Below are positions 9,770-18,914 of a stretch of 64,000 nt of DNA, in pieces. The notes beneath the pieces are model-generated. The model had not been told where the DNA came from. It did no database searches and was given only the letters and a program-made list of their open reading frames with translations. Within the stretch, counting starts at the first letter, position 1, and every line of letters begins with the position of its first letter. The stretch is from an uncultured Alphaproteobacteria bacterium (GTDB lineage Bacteria; Pseudomonadota; Alphaproteobacteria; Rhizobiales; Xanthobacteraceae): NCBI GenBank assembly GCA_963791955.1, contig CAWBUO010000005.1, positions 72,467 to 136,466 of the forward strand, read 5' to 3'. Made by a program: the position numbers and the translations under genes.

Positions 9770-10837
9770 TCAGACGTTCGCCATGACGTCGGACCATTGC
9801 TGCATCATCTCCTTCTCATGGCCTGGCACCATGTTGACGCCGATCTGGTTGTAGCCCAGCGCCTTGAGGCCCTTGACCCGCTCGACGAGTTCGGCGCGCG
9901 TGCCGGTGAGTGTCAGGCCGCGAACGACGTTGGCGGTGACGTGCTTTTCCTCCGGCCGCAGAAACATTAGATGGCCGCGATGATTGGTGAGATAGCGTGC
10001 ATCTGGCGGTTCGTAGGTCTCATACACTTTGCGATAGGCTTCGAGTTCGGCTTTGAACGGAAAGCTGTCGCCGACCGGAAACACCGAGCCGAACTGGTCT
10101 TCTTCGACCAGGTTATGAAATGCGATGGCCGCGTAGGGCCCCGCCTGCGCCATGGCGCGTGGACTGTCGGCAGCCTCACCGTCGTTGAGCACGCAGCCGC
10201 CAAATCCGCAGACCGCATAAACATCCTTGACGTCGCGGCCATGCTGCCGCCAGGCGGTGCGGAATTCTTCAAGCTCCGCCTGCTCGCGCTGCGGATAGGT
10301 GGCGCTACCGATCCATCCGGCGCCGAGCTTGGCGGTCAGCGCCCGGGCCTTGGGACCAAACGCGGAGAGGAACGTCGGTATCCGGTCCTTGATGTTGATC
10401 AGGCCGAGATCTGGATTGAGGAAACGGATCTTGTGGGTGCCGCCCTCCTCGGACCATTCGACGGTCTTGCCCTGCAAAAGGCCTTCGACGGCTTGCACGT
10501 ATTTTTCCAGCCGCGCGAGAGTGACCGGCCCGAGCCCCATTGTCCGGCGTCCGGTATAGCCGGTCGACGTGCCAAATACGACACGCCCGGGCGCAAGCGC
10601 ATTGAGCGTCGCAAGCGCATTAGCGGCGACGGCGGCATTGCGATTGGAGGGAATGAAAACACCGGCGCACAGTTTGATGCGCGAGGTTTTCAGCGCGGAA
10701 GCGCCCATGGCCACGAGCACATCCGCGCTCAGCAATTGCGTGTCGTAGAACCAGACGTGGCTGCAGCCCAGCTCTTCCGCGCGCTGCGCGTCTTCCCATG
10801 ATTTGGCTTTGGTTGGCAGGAAAACGCCGAGATCCAT
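9770..10837 (-). CDS. Luciferase-like (LLM class) oxidoreductase, probably F420-dependent
   Basis: TIM-barrel LLM pattern (MDLGVFLP...WFYDTQLL...FGTSTGYTGRRTMG). Lies 27 nt downstream of fbiC on the same strand. F420 dependence is inferred from context only. Confidence 0.75.
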   Translation of the reverse strand: MDLGVFLPTKAKSWEDAQRAEELGCSHVWFYDTQLLSADVLVAMGASALKTSRIKLCAGVFIPSNRNAAVAANALATLNALAPGRVVFGTSTGYTGRRTMGLGPVTLARLEKYVQAVEGLLQGKTVEWSEEGGTHKIRFLNPDLGLINIKDRIPTFLSAFGPKARALTAKLGAGWIGSATYPQREQAELEEFRTAWRQHGRDVKDVYAVCGFGGCVLNDGEAADSPRAMAQAGPYAAIAFHNLVEEDQFGSVFPVGDSFPFKAELEAYRKVYETYEPPDARYLTNHRGHLMFLRPEEKHVTANVVRGLTLTGTRAELVERVKGLKALGYNQIGVNMVPGHEKEMMQQWSDVMANV

Positions 10838-10864
10838 TGTTGACTCCTCCCGATGGCGCCGGAC

Positions 10865-13300
10865 TTAAGCGTCCGCACGCGTTAGATCGGCCGTCTGGCG
10901 GTCGCGTTTTTGTTGAGAGACCGGCGTTACCGGCACCGGCCGCAATGGCGCGGCGCCGAACGAAGCCGCGGTCCGCTTGGCCGGTGCGCCGGCGTACAAA
11001 GTAGTGCGCTGGCGCGGGCGTCTGCCACAGGAGTTGATCGCCTGCTCCATCGCCTCAGGCGACATTTCCTCGCCGTGCAGCGCGCCGGCGGCGCGCGTGA
11101 TGCTCTCATTCATGAGCGTGCCGCCGAGATCGTTGGCTCCCGCATGAAGGCAAGCGGCGACCCCGTCGCCCATCTTGACCCACGAGGTCTGGATGTTGTT
11201 GACGAGCGGATGCAGCGCAAGACGCGCGATTGCATGCATGAGCACGGCTTCGCGGTATGTGGGTCCGAGCCGGCTCAGCCCGTGAAGATGCAACGGCGTC
11301 TCCATCGGCACGAACGGCAGGGGCACAAACTCGGTGATGCCGCCGGTGCGGCTCTGCAGATCGCGCAGCCGCAGCAGGTGGCGCGCCCAATGCCGATAGC
11401 GGTCGACGTGGCCGAACATGATCGTCGCGGTCGATCTGATACCGAGGCGATGCGCGGTCTCGACGATGTCGAGCCATCGCGCCGTCGTCACCTTGTCGGG
11501 GCAGATCACGGCGCGGACTTCGTCATCGAGCACTTCCGCCGCCGTCCCAGGCAACGAGCCAAGCCCTGCCTCTTTCAATGCGGCAAGAAACGTTTCCACG
11601 GAAACGCCGAGCGACGAAGCGCCGTGCCAAATTTCGAGCGGCGAGAAGGCGTGAATATGAATCTGCGGGCAGACTTCTTTTATGGCCCGGCAAATCGCGA
11701 TGTAGGTCGAGCCGTCATAATCGGGATGAATTCCGCCCTGGAGACATACTTCGACCGCGCCCCGGTCCCAGGCTTCCGCTGTGCGCCTTTGAATCTCTTC
11801 AAGGCCGAGGTCATAAGGACGCCCCCGCAAGTGGTCGCTCAACTTGCCTTTGGAGAAGGCGCAGAACTTGCAGCGATAGCTGCAGATATTCGTGTAGTTG
11901 ATGTTGCGCGTGACGACGTATGTTACCTCGTCCCCGCAGGTCGCGGCGCGCAGTGCGTCGGCGGCTTCGCACACCGCATGAAAAGCGCTACCGCGGCTGC
12001 CGAAGAGCGCGACGATATCGTCTTCGGCCAGGGTTTGGCCCGCGACGGCTCGCGCAACGATCCCGTCGTGCGCTGTGTGGCGCAGCGCACGTGCGGGCTC
12101 GACGGCCGGCTTGCTCAACGTTCCCGGCATCCATTGGTCGGCGCGTGCATATCCTTGGCTGTCTGAGGCGCGCGCGACGATGGTGCGCAGCCCCGGATCG
12201 AGCCACTTTTCGGGATGCTCGACGTAGGCCGGATACACCGCAAGACGCTCGACCAAAACCTTGCCGGCTCTGGAGGTCTCTTCCGCGAGCCCCTCGATGT
12301 GGGGCCAGGGCCGTTCGGGATTGACGTGGTCGGGAGTGACCGGCGACACGCCGCCCCAATCGTTGATGCCCGCAGCGATAAGCTGTTGAAGCGCACCGGG
12401 CGACAGATTCGGCGGCGCCTGAACATTCATCTCGGCGCCGAAGACAAGCCGAGCCGCCGCAATGGTCCACAAATGGTCTTCGAGGTTCGGCTCCATGTGG
12501 CCGGCCATTCGGGTGCCGGGCTTGGCGCGGAAGTTCTGAACGATGATTTCCTGGAGGTGTCCGTATCGCTCGTGTAACGCGCGCAGTTCGAGCAAAGCCG
12601 CCAAACGTTCGCGGCGAGACTCACCAATGCCAATCAGGATCCCGGAAGTGAAGGGAATGGCCGCTTCGCCTGCAGCTCTGATGACCTCGAGCCGCACGGC
12701 GGGACGCTTGTCGGGAGAGCCGTGGTGCGGACCACCGCGGGCGCACAGACGCTCGGCCGAACTCTCAAGCATCAGACCTTGCGACACCGAAGTCGACCGC
12801 AAGGCCGAAAGCTCCTCCGCACTCATCACCCCGGCGTTGAGATGCGGGAGCAGGCCCGAGTGTTCAAACACCAGCGAGGCCATCTCACGGAGGTAGGAGA
12901 TTGTCGTGGCGTGGCCGAGCTGCGCCAATTCATCGCGGGCAATGCGATAGCGCTGCTCCGGCTTGTCGCCGAGCGTAAACAGCGCCTCATGACAGCCGGC
13001 CTCCGCGCCGGCGCGGGCGATAGCGAGGACCTCGTTTGCACTCAAATACGCCCGTGTGGTGCGCCGCGGCGGATGTGCGAATGTGCAGTAGCGGCAGCTG
13101 TCACGACACAGCTGGGTGAGCGGGATGAAGACCTTTCGCGAATAAGACACAGTAGCGCCGTGGCCGCGATCCCGCAATTCCGCCGCGGCCTTGATCATAG
13201 CGGGAAGATCGCTGGCATCGTCCAACGAGGCAAACACGTCGGCGTCGGACAGCCGGCGACCGTCCACGGCAAGAGCCAACGCGCGGCCAAAATCGCTCAT
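10865..13300 (-). CDS. fbiC: FO synthase (7,8-didemethyl-8-hydroxy-5-deazariboflavin synthase), fused CofG/CofH
   Basis: 811 aa with two radical-SAM motifs, CRDSCRYCTF and CSYRCKFCAF, one in each half. Confidence 0.9.
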   Translation of the reverse strand: MSDFGRALALAVDGRRLSDADVFASLDDASDLPAMIKAAAELRDRGHGATVSYSRKVFIPLTQLCRDSCRYCTFAHPPRRTTRAYLSANEVLAIARAGAEAGCHEALFTLGDKPEQRYRIARDELAQLGHATTISYLREMASLVFEHSGLLPHLNAGVMSAEELSALRSTSVSQGLMLESSAERLCARGGPHHGSPDKRPAVRLEVIRAAGEAAIPFTSGILIGIGESRRERLAALLELRALHERYGHLQEIIVQNFRAKPGTRMAGHMEPNLEDHLWTIAAARLVFGAEMNVQAPPNLSPGALQQLIAAGINDWGGVSPVTPDHVNPERPWPHIEGLAEETSRAGKVLVERLAVYPAYVEHPEKWLDPGLRTIVARASDSQGYARADQWMPGTLSKPAVEPARALRHTAHDGIVARAVAGQTLAEDDIVALFGSRGSAFHAVCEAADALRAATCGDEVTYVVTRNINYTNICSYRCKFCAFSKGKLSDHLRGRPYDLGLEEIQRRTAEAWDRGAVEVCLQGGIHPDYDGSTYIAICRAIKEVCPQIHIHAFSPLEIWHGASSLGVSVETFLAALKEAGLGSLPGTAAEVLDDEVRAVICPDKVTTARWLDIVETAHRLGIRSTATIMFGHVDRYRHWARHLLRLRDLQSRTGGITEFVPLPFVPMETPLHLHGLSRLGPTYREAVLMHAIARLALHPLVNNIQTSWVKMGDGVAACLHAGANDLGGTLMNESITRAAGALHGEEMSPEAMEQAINSCGRRPRQRTTLYAGAPAKRTAASFGAAPLRPVPVTPVSQQKRDRQTADLTRADA

Positions 13301-13995
13301 TGTGATTCAAGGACCACGAAATTGCGGTCCCACTGGGCACGGCATTCGTCGAGCAGCCGGAAGCTGCGCGTGGCGGAACGCCGTTCCATAAATTTTGTCA
13401 GATCGGAAGGCTCGTCGATATCAAGCGCGATGGCGCCGTTGCGGACGGTCGCCGGCGTGAGGCCGCGGGCGCGCGCCGCCGCAAGGTGCGGAAAATAGCT
13501 GTCAGGGCCAAACCGTAGCGGAACGGCCTCCGCCGGCGAGCAAATAATCGTATTTGAGCCGCGCTCGTCCCACGCCGGAACAATGGTGAAGGCCGGAGCC
13601 GCAGCGTGAGCAGCCAGCACGCCACGGATGTCGGCCGCCGTTACGAGCGGCACGTCACCCGGAATTGTCAGCATCGTTCTTCCGTTCGCGGCCAAACGCC
13701 CAGCCGCCGCCTTGACGGCGCCGGTATGGCCGTCGTGCGCGCCATCGGACCAGATTTCGGCGCCAAAGCGCCGCGCGATCTCGGCAGCGACCCGGTCCAC
13801 CGTGACGAGAGCGACACCCTGCAACTCGGACACGGCGGCGACGGCTGCCAGCACGTCCTCCAACATGGCGAGCGCCAGCGCCTGTCGAAGCCGGGACGGC
13901 ATAGTTTCTGCCAGCCGTTGCTTTGCGACGGCTGTTTCCTTAACGGGAATAACGGCCCAAATGTCGCGCCGCGACGCTGGTCGATCGTTCGCCAT
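13297..13995 (-). CDS. cofC: F420 side-chain precursor guanylyltransferase (CofC/FbiD)
   Basis: IWAVIPVKETAVAKQRL N-terminus typical of CofC; ~230 aa; 4-nt overlap with fbiC. Confidence 0.8.
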   Translation of the reverse strand: MANDRPASRRDIWAVIPVKETAVAKQRLAETMPSRLRQALALAMLEDVLAAVAAVSELQGVALVTVDRVAAEIARRFGAEIWSDGAHDGHTGAVKAAAGRLAANGRTMLTIPGDVPLVTAADIRGVLAAHAAAPAFTIVPAWDERGSNTIICSPAEAVPLRFGPDSYFPHLAAARARGLTPATVRNGAIALDIDEPSDLTKFMERRSATRSFRLLDECRAQWDRNFVVLESQ

Positions 13996-14067
13996 TGAGC
14001 GCTTCCATCAGGACGCGGGAAAGATAATACGCGCGTTTTTTGCCGTGACGCGAGCCGAGCGTCTGTC

Positions 14068-15057
14068 CTATTCCTTTATGACAGCGGCCTCGGCCCAACG
14101 CTGCAAAAGATCGTCGGCCAAGGATAACACGGTTTTCGCCAGTTGTTCGCGGTCGGCTAGCGACACCATCAAGGCATTTGCCGCGACGGTTGGTATGGGC
14201 AATTTGGCGGCGAGCGAAGCGTCCCTTTGATCGACGATATAGCCGTCCAGCAGGTCGCCGTAGCGTCTCGCCACTGTTTCGGCACCGACCTCCAGGCCGA
14301 GTTCACGCATCATTTTCGCCGTCGGCCCCTTCACCGCCTCGCCGCCGATAATCGGAGCGACGCCCACAATTGGCGCGGCGCAGGCACGAAGCGCCTGTCG
14401 TATGCCAGGCAACGCGAGTATCGGCTCGATGCTGATAAACGGATTCGACGGGCAAATCACAACAGCGCGGAGCCGCGGATCTGAGATCGCGGCAACGAAA
14501 TCGGGATGCGGCGCAGCCGCCGCTGCACCGTCATACGAAAAGTCCACGACCTCGGGCCGACATTGCTGTTCAACAAAATAGCGTTGAAAGTCCAACCACC
14601 CTTCGCGCGTGCGGACGCGCGTTCGTACCGGCGCATCGCTCATCGGCACGATAGCGGCGCGAACGTCAAGCCGATCCGCGAAATCGCGCACGATCTCCGA
14701 CAGGGGCTCGCCGGCGCGCAGCCTTCGGGTTCGTTCGACGTGAACGGCAAGATCGGCGTCGCCAAGACGAAACCAGCTTTCCCCTCCCAGCGCCGCCAGC
14801 GCCGTCATGAAGGACCAGGTTTCATCGCGCCGCCCCCAGCCTGTCGCCGGGTTGTCGAGACCGGCCAGCGTATAGAGGAGCGTGTCAATATCCGGCGAAA
14901 CATGCAGACCCAGGTGCTCAAAATCGTCGCCGGTATTGGCCACGACCATGAGCTTGCCGGGAGGCACGACGTTTCTCAAACCGAGCACGAGCTTGGCGCC
15001 GCCGACGCCGCCCGACAGCGCAAGAATCCGTTCGCTCTTCAGGCTTTGCGCGGTCAT
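14068..15057 (-). CDS. cofD: 2-phospho-L-lactate transferase family (CofD/FbiA)
   Basis: ILALSGGVGGAKLVLGL...VANTGDDFEHLGLHVSPDIDTLLYTLAGL; 4-nt overlap with cofE. Confidence 0.9.
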   Translation of the reverse strand: MTAQSLKSERILALSGGVGGAKLVLGLRNVVPPGKLMVVANTGDDFEHLGLHVSPDIDTLLYTLAGLDNPATGWGRRDETWSFMTALAALGGESWFRLGDADLAVHVERTRRLRAGEPLSEIVRDFADRLDVRAAIVPMSDAPVRTRVRTREGWLDFQRYFVEQQCRPEVVDFSYDGAAAAAPHPDFVAAISDPRLRAVVICPSNPFISIEPILALPGIRQALRACAAPIVGVAPIIGGEAVKGPTAKMMRELGLEVGAETVARRYGDLLDGYIVDQRDASLAAKLPIPTVAANALMVSLADREQLAKTVLSLADDLLQRWAEAAVIKE

Positions 15058-15854
15058 CGGAACAGATCTTCAGCGGGATCGCGCAACAAGCACGCCGCCG
15101 GCGACGCCTTTGCGGACCACGTGAGGCCGCGCACGACAATGATCGGCGTTGCTTCATCCGCCTGCCCCATCAGCAGCGAAGCCGCCGCTGCGATTTCGTC
15201 CGCGAAACCCGTTTCGCTGACTTTGAGCGGGCGTCCGTAAAGATCCGTCCGGCCGCGAAGATCGGAGAGCGCCGGCAAGCCGGCGGCCCCCAGTGCCACA
15301 CCCACCGTGCCAAGCCGCCAGGCCCGGCCGAGACTGTCATTAATGATGACGGCAACACTTTTGCCGAGCTGAGAACGAATGCCTTCATGCAATCGCCGCG
15401 CCGATCCATCGGGATCCTCCGGCAATAGCAATACCGGCTTCGCGCCCTGCCGCGGGTCAACGTTCGATTGGTCGACGCCGGCATTGGCGAGCACGAAACC
15501 GAGCTTGTGCTCGACGATCAGGACGCCCGGTCTGTGCCGAAGCACGTCGCGCGATTGCCGCAGAATGACCTCCACGAGCCGCGCGTCCTTTCGCACCTGC
15601 GCCGACAGCGCCAACGCCCGCTTGCCCGGCTCGATGGTGTCGAGATCGACATAGCGTCCCTCTGCTTTCGAGACGATTTTTTGCGCAACGACCAGGACAT
15701 CGCCGTCGCGCAATGCGGGCCCAGCTCTCTCCGTAATGTCGCAAATCAGGCCGAGCAGATTAGTTCCGGGCTCGATGAGCGGCACACCCTGCAAGGGGAG
15801 GAGCCGCAAATCACGGGTTTCGGCGGCGTTGCGCGTGCAGTGTTCCACAGCCAT
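15054..15854 (-). CDS. cofE: Coenzyme F420-0:L-glutamate ligase (CofE), single-domain form
   Basis: DGDVLVVAQKIVSKAEGRYVDL, IINDSLGRAWRLGTVGVALG. At 266 aa it has no FbiB-type C-terminal nitroreductase-like domain. Confidence 0.85.
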   Translation of the reverse strand: MAVEHCTRNAAETRDLRLLPLQGVPLIEPGTNLLGLICDITERAGPALRDGDVLVVAQKIVSKAEGRYVDLDTIEPGKRALALSAQVRKDARLVEVILRQSRDVLRHRPGVLIVEHKLGFVLANAGVDQSNVDPRQGAKPVLLLPEDPDGSARRLHEGIRSQLGKSVAVIINDSLGRAWRLGTVGVALGAAGLPALSDLRGRTDLYGRPLKVSETGFADEIAAAASLLMGQADEATPIIVVRGLTWSAKASPAACLLRDPAEDLFR

Positions 15855-15962
15855 CGAAAGCGATCATCGCCGGGACGCGCGCGGCCAGCAAGGGCACACG
15901 AACGGTATGGCGCACTCAAAATCGGCTGGGCGAGCTGCTGTCGCGGTGGATGACCTGAACGC

Positions 15963-16001
15963 GACGAAAATCAAAGTCCCGGCCGCTGACGGCCGGGACT
16001 T
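15963..16001 (-). terminator. Rho-independent terminator downstream of the 16042..17247 gene
   Basis: Perfect 12-bp stem AAGTCCCGGCCG/CGGCCGGGACTT with a 4-nt loop (15974-16001), followed on the minus strand by TGATTTTCG. Confidence 0.7.
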
Positions 16002-16041
16002 CAACTTCATAAGCATTTGCCGGAATTCCAGGGAGGCTTAG

Positions 16042-17247
16042 TTACGCCCAGCTCGTCTTTACCCGCACGGGCACAAGCTCCGACGTAGGCACGCCGACAG
16101 CGGCAACCGAACGGAAGAAGCCATTCTGCCATTGCCCGACAGTGTAGGCGATGTTCTGCAGCTGAGTCCGCAGGTCGATCTCGCCAATCACGGTCTTGAA
16201 TGTATGGCTTTTCAGATACGCCGTGACGGCCTCTTTATCGACCGTGCCGGCGCCCTCGAATGCCTGCGTGAGAACCTCCCCATTTGCATACAGATAGAAG
16301 CAGGCGTTGTAGTCGGAATCGACGCCGGTGATTTCTTTGTGCAGTTTCAGGAAGGCCCGGGTCTTGTCGTTGTCGGGGACGCCGCCAAACCCGATGACAT
16401 TCTCCGCCGACGCGCCGTACTTGCCGCCGAAGCCCGCGAAAGCGCAGCCGATACCGTTGTAGTAAGCCTTCACATTGAAGTTCTCGATCTTCGCCTGATC
16501 GGTCAAGCCGAAGGTGTCGGGCGGATATGAATAGGCGATGAAGGCGTCCGGATTGCTGGCCTTCGCCGCCTTGATAACCGGCGCATAATCCTGCGTGCCG
16601 AGCGGATAGGATTTGTCGTAGACCAGTTCGAAGCCGGCTGCGGGGAACAGCTTCCTACTGATGTTGGCGGACTCGATGCCGTACTCGTCGGCGACGTTGA
16701 CCATGGCGATCTTGCCGCCCATCTGGCCGCCGTCACGCAGCTTCTTGAGAACATCAACGACCGCGGAGCTGTACTGCGTGGTTGTTCCGTTGGCGAAGAA
16801 CAGTCGCGGATTTTTCCGAACCAGTCCGGCGCCCAGGTCGGTGACGCAGGCGACGGCAAGTTGCGGATAGCCCAGTTTCGCGAAAGTGGGCACGGTGGCC
16901 ACGTTGAAACCGGTGCTATACAAGCCGACGATCCAATCGGCCTTATCGATGCTGGCAAGGCGCTCGATCGCCTTAATGGCTTCCGGCGGCTGTGTGTGAT
17001 CATCGTACTCGATCAGCTCCACCTTGCGCTGGCCATCTTTCAACTTGAGACCGCCGGCCTGGTTCACCTGATGAGCCCAAAGCCGCCACGGCGGGAAAAA
17101 CGTGGCGGCGGCGCCCGGAGCAAGCGGCCCGGTCTTTGCGCCAACTACGCCGATCTTGACAGTCGCGGACTGCGCACCGGCAGTCCGTATGAAAGGAGCC
17201 GCCAGCGCCGTCGCGCCGGCAAATTTCAGCAATTCGCGTCGTCGCAT
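16042..17247 (-). CDS. ABC transporter substrate-binding protein (LivK/Peripla_BP_6 type), orphan
   Basis: Signal MRRRELLKFAGATALAAPFIRTAGA; no adjacent permease or ATPase genes. Confidence 0.85.
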   Translation of the reverse strand: MRRRELLKFAGATALAAPFIRTAGAQSATVKIGVVGAKTGPLAPGAAATFFPPWRLWAHQVNQAGGLKLKDGQRKVELIEYDDHTQPPEAIKAIERLASIDKADWIVGLYSTGFNVATVPTFAKLGYPQLAVACVTDLGAGLVRKNPRLFFANGTTTQYSSAVVDVLKKLRDGGQMGGKIAMVNVADEYGIESANISRKLFPAAGFELVYDKSYPLGTQDYAPVIKAAKASNPDAFIAYSYPPDTFGLTDQAKIENFNVKAYYNGIGCAFAGFGGKYGASAENVIGFGGVPDNDKTRAFLKLHKEITGVDSDYNACFYLYANGEVLTQAFEGAGTVDKEAVTAYLKSHTFKTVIGEIDLRTQLQNIAYTVGQWQNGFFRSVAAVGVPTSELVPVRVKTSWA

Positions 17248-17437
17248 GGAAACCTCCCCGATCGCTTTTTCGCGCTCGCCATATAGCGCGGCGCGGGGAG
17301 GCGGTATGTCGTGAGAACTAATGACAGTGGAGTGGCGAGCTTGTGTGTCCTAAGCATTTGGGACAGACGTCGACGAGGCGGCACGCGAGGATGCCTGCGC
17401 GCTTTGTTCATCAGAACCGACAACCAGGGAGGAAACT

Positions 17438-18376
17438 GTGAATTCGGTCGCCGAAGCCGGGGCGAAGGTCGCGACATTGCGCATCGGCGGCGGTGCCGTG
17501 GGTTTCAACTGGCTGCCGGTGATTGTGGCCGATCGCCAAGGGATGTTCGCGCGGCGCAATCTCGCGATCGAGATCAAGCGCCTTGGCGCCGTCGACAAAG
17601 CAACCGCGGCGGTCAAAAACGGCGAACTCGATCTTGTCATTACACCCCCCGAGGGAGCGATCCGCGATTGCGCCGGCGGCGGCAATCTTCGGATCATCGC
17701 CGGCAATGTCAATCGCCTGCCGCTTTCGCTGATCGCCAATCCGCGCATCCGCACGATCGAGGGCCTTCGAGGCGGCCGCCTTGGCACTTCATCGCTGACC
17801 GAGGGCACCGCGCTTTATACGATGGAGGTGCTGCGCCAGCACGGCCTGCATTACCCGGGCGACTACGAGTTTGCCGTTGTCGGCGTCCACCCGGCACGCT
17901 GGAAAGCGCTGCAGGAAGGGACCATCGACGCGGCCGTCCAGCTTATTCCATTGAACTTCGTGGCCGAGGACGCCGGCTTCAATAATCTCGGCGAGGTGAC
18001 TGATTACATACCGGAAATCGTTTTCAGCAGCTTGATTGTCGATCGCCTGACGGCTGAAGACCGCCGCAAACAAATTGTCGGTTTTCTTCTGGGCATCATG
18101 GAGGGAACGCGGTGGCTTTACGATCCCGCCAATGACGAAGCGCTTCTTGCCCTGACGAAAGAATTGACCCAGGCCGAGGGAAAATACGGGCGGCAAGCCC
18201 TCGAATACATGCGCGAGAAGCGGGTATTTTCGCCTGACCTTTCCATCCCCGATGCGGCGTTCGCGAAATCGATCGAGTTGATGCAGAAGGCCGGCTTGGC
18301 GGATGAGCATCTGGCGGCGCGCGCAAAAAGCGTTCTCGACGACAGCTTCCGGCTCGCTGCGCTGAAGCCCGTCTGA
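17438..18376 (+). CDS. NMT1/THI5-like (SsuA/TauA-type) binding protein without an obvious signal peptide
   Basis: GTG start preceded by GGGAGG; ...LRIGGGAVGFNWLPVIVADRQGMF...; periplasmic-binding-protein type 2 fold pattern. Confidence 0.65.
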   Translation: MNSVAEAGAKVATLRIGGGAVGFNWLPVIVADRQGMFARRNLAIEIKRLGAVDKATAAVKNGELDLVITPPEGAIRDCAGGGNLRIIAGNVNRLPLSLIANPRIRTIEGLRGGRLGTSSLTEGTALYTMEVLRQHGLHYPGDYEFAVVGVHPARWKALQEGTIDAAVQLIPLNFVAEDAGFNNLGEVTDYIPEIVFSSLIVDRLTAEDRRKQIVGFLLGIMEGTRWLYDPANDEALLALTKELTQAEGKYGRQALEYMREKRVFSPDLSIPDAAFAKSIELMQKAGLADEHLAARAKSVLDDSFRLAALKPV

Positions 18377-18393
18377 CTTATCAAATTTGCCCA

Positions 18394-18768
18394 ATGGCCG
18401 TTCCGCCTTTCGACATGATCCCCGACGCTAGAACTGCAGTCCGCGTCGTGTGCGGAGTGTTTTTTCTGCCGCACACGATCGCAAAATTGCGCAACATCGA
18501 TCGGGCATCGATCCTGTTCGATAAAGTCGGCTTTCGGCCGCCGCATCCGTTTGTTCTGCTCACGACCAGTATGGAACTGGTCGCCGCCTTCGGCTTGATT
18601 TCGGGGTTGTATCCCCGGACAGGCGCGATCGTCGCGGCAATCGTGCTGATCGGCGCGGCTTACGCCATCGGCCGCAACCATGGCTTGATGTGGCGATGGC
18701 AACACCCGGGTATCGAGTACATGCTGTTTTGGGCGATTGTCTGCCTCTGCGTCAGCTTTCTTCCGTGA
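18394..18768 (+). CDS. DoxX family membrane protein
   Basis: 124 aa with four hydrophobic segments; RVVCGVFFLPHTIAKL is typical of DoxX. Confidence 0.65.
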   Translation: MAVPPFDMIPDARTAVRVVCGVFFLPHTIAKLRNIDRASILFDKVGFRPPHPFVLLTTSMELVAAFGLISGLYPRTGAIVAAIVLIGAAYAIGRNHGLMWRWQHPGIEYMLFWAIVCLCVSFLP

Positions 18769-18914
18769 ACGCTCAAGGCAGGAGATGATTACTTGACGGC
18801 TCCTGATACGGAGTGGCCCCGCCAGGCGACGGCGCAATGTGCTATCCTGGTTGCCAGTTTGCGTAGTCGAGAAGCCACCAAAGTGGCCGGAAAACAGTGG
18901 GGAGGAGAGCGCCA

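Noticed and set aside
10910-12166. 418-aa plus-strand ORF, with several neighbours, lying inside fbiC
   Set aside because: It is antisense to a gene with two clear radical-SAM motifs. The translation is Arg/Ala/Gly-rich and low-complexity with no motifs, a typical open antisense frame in GC-rich DNA.
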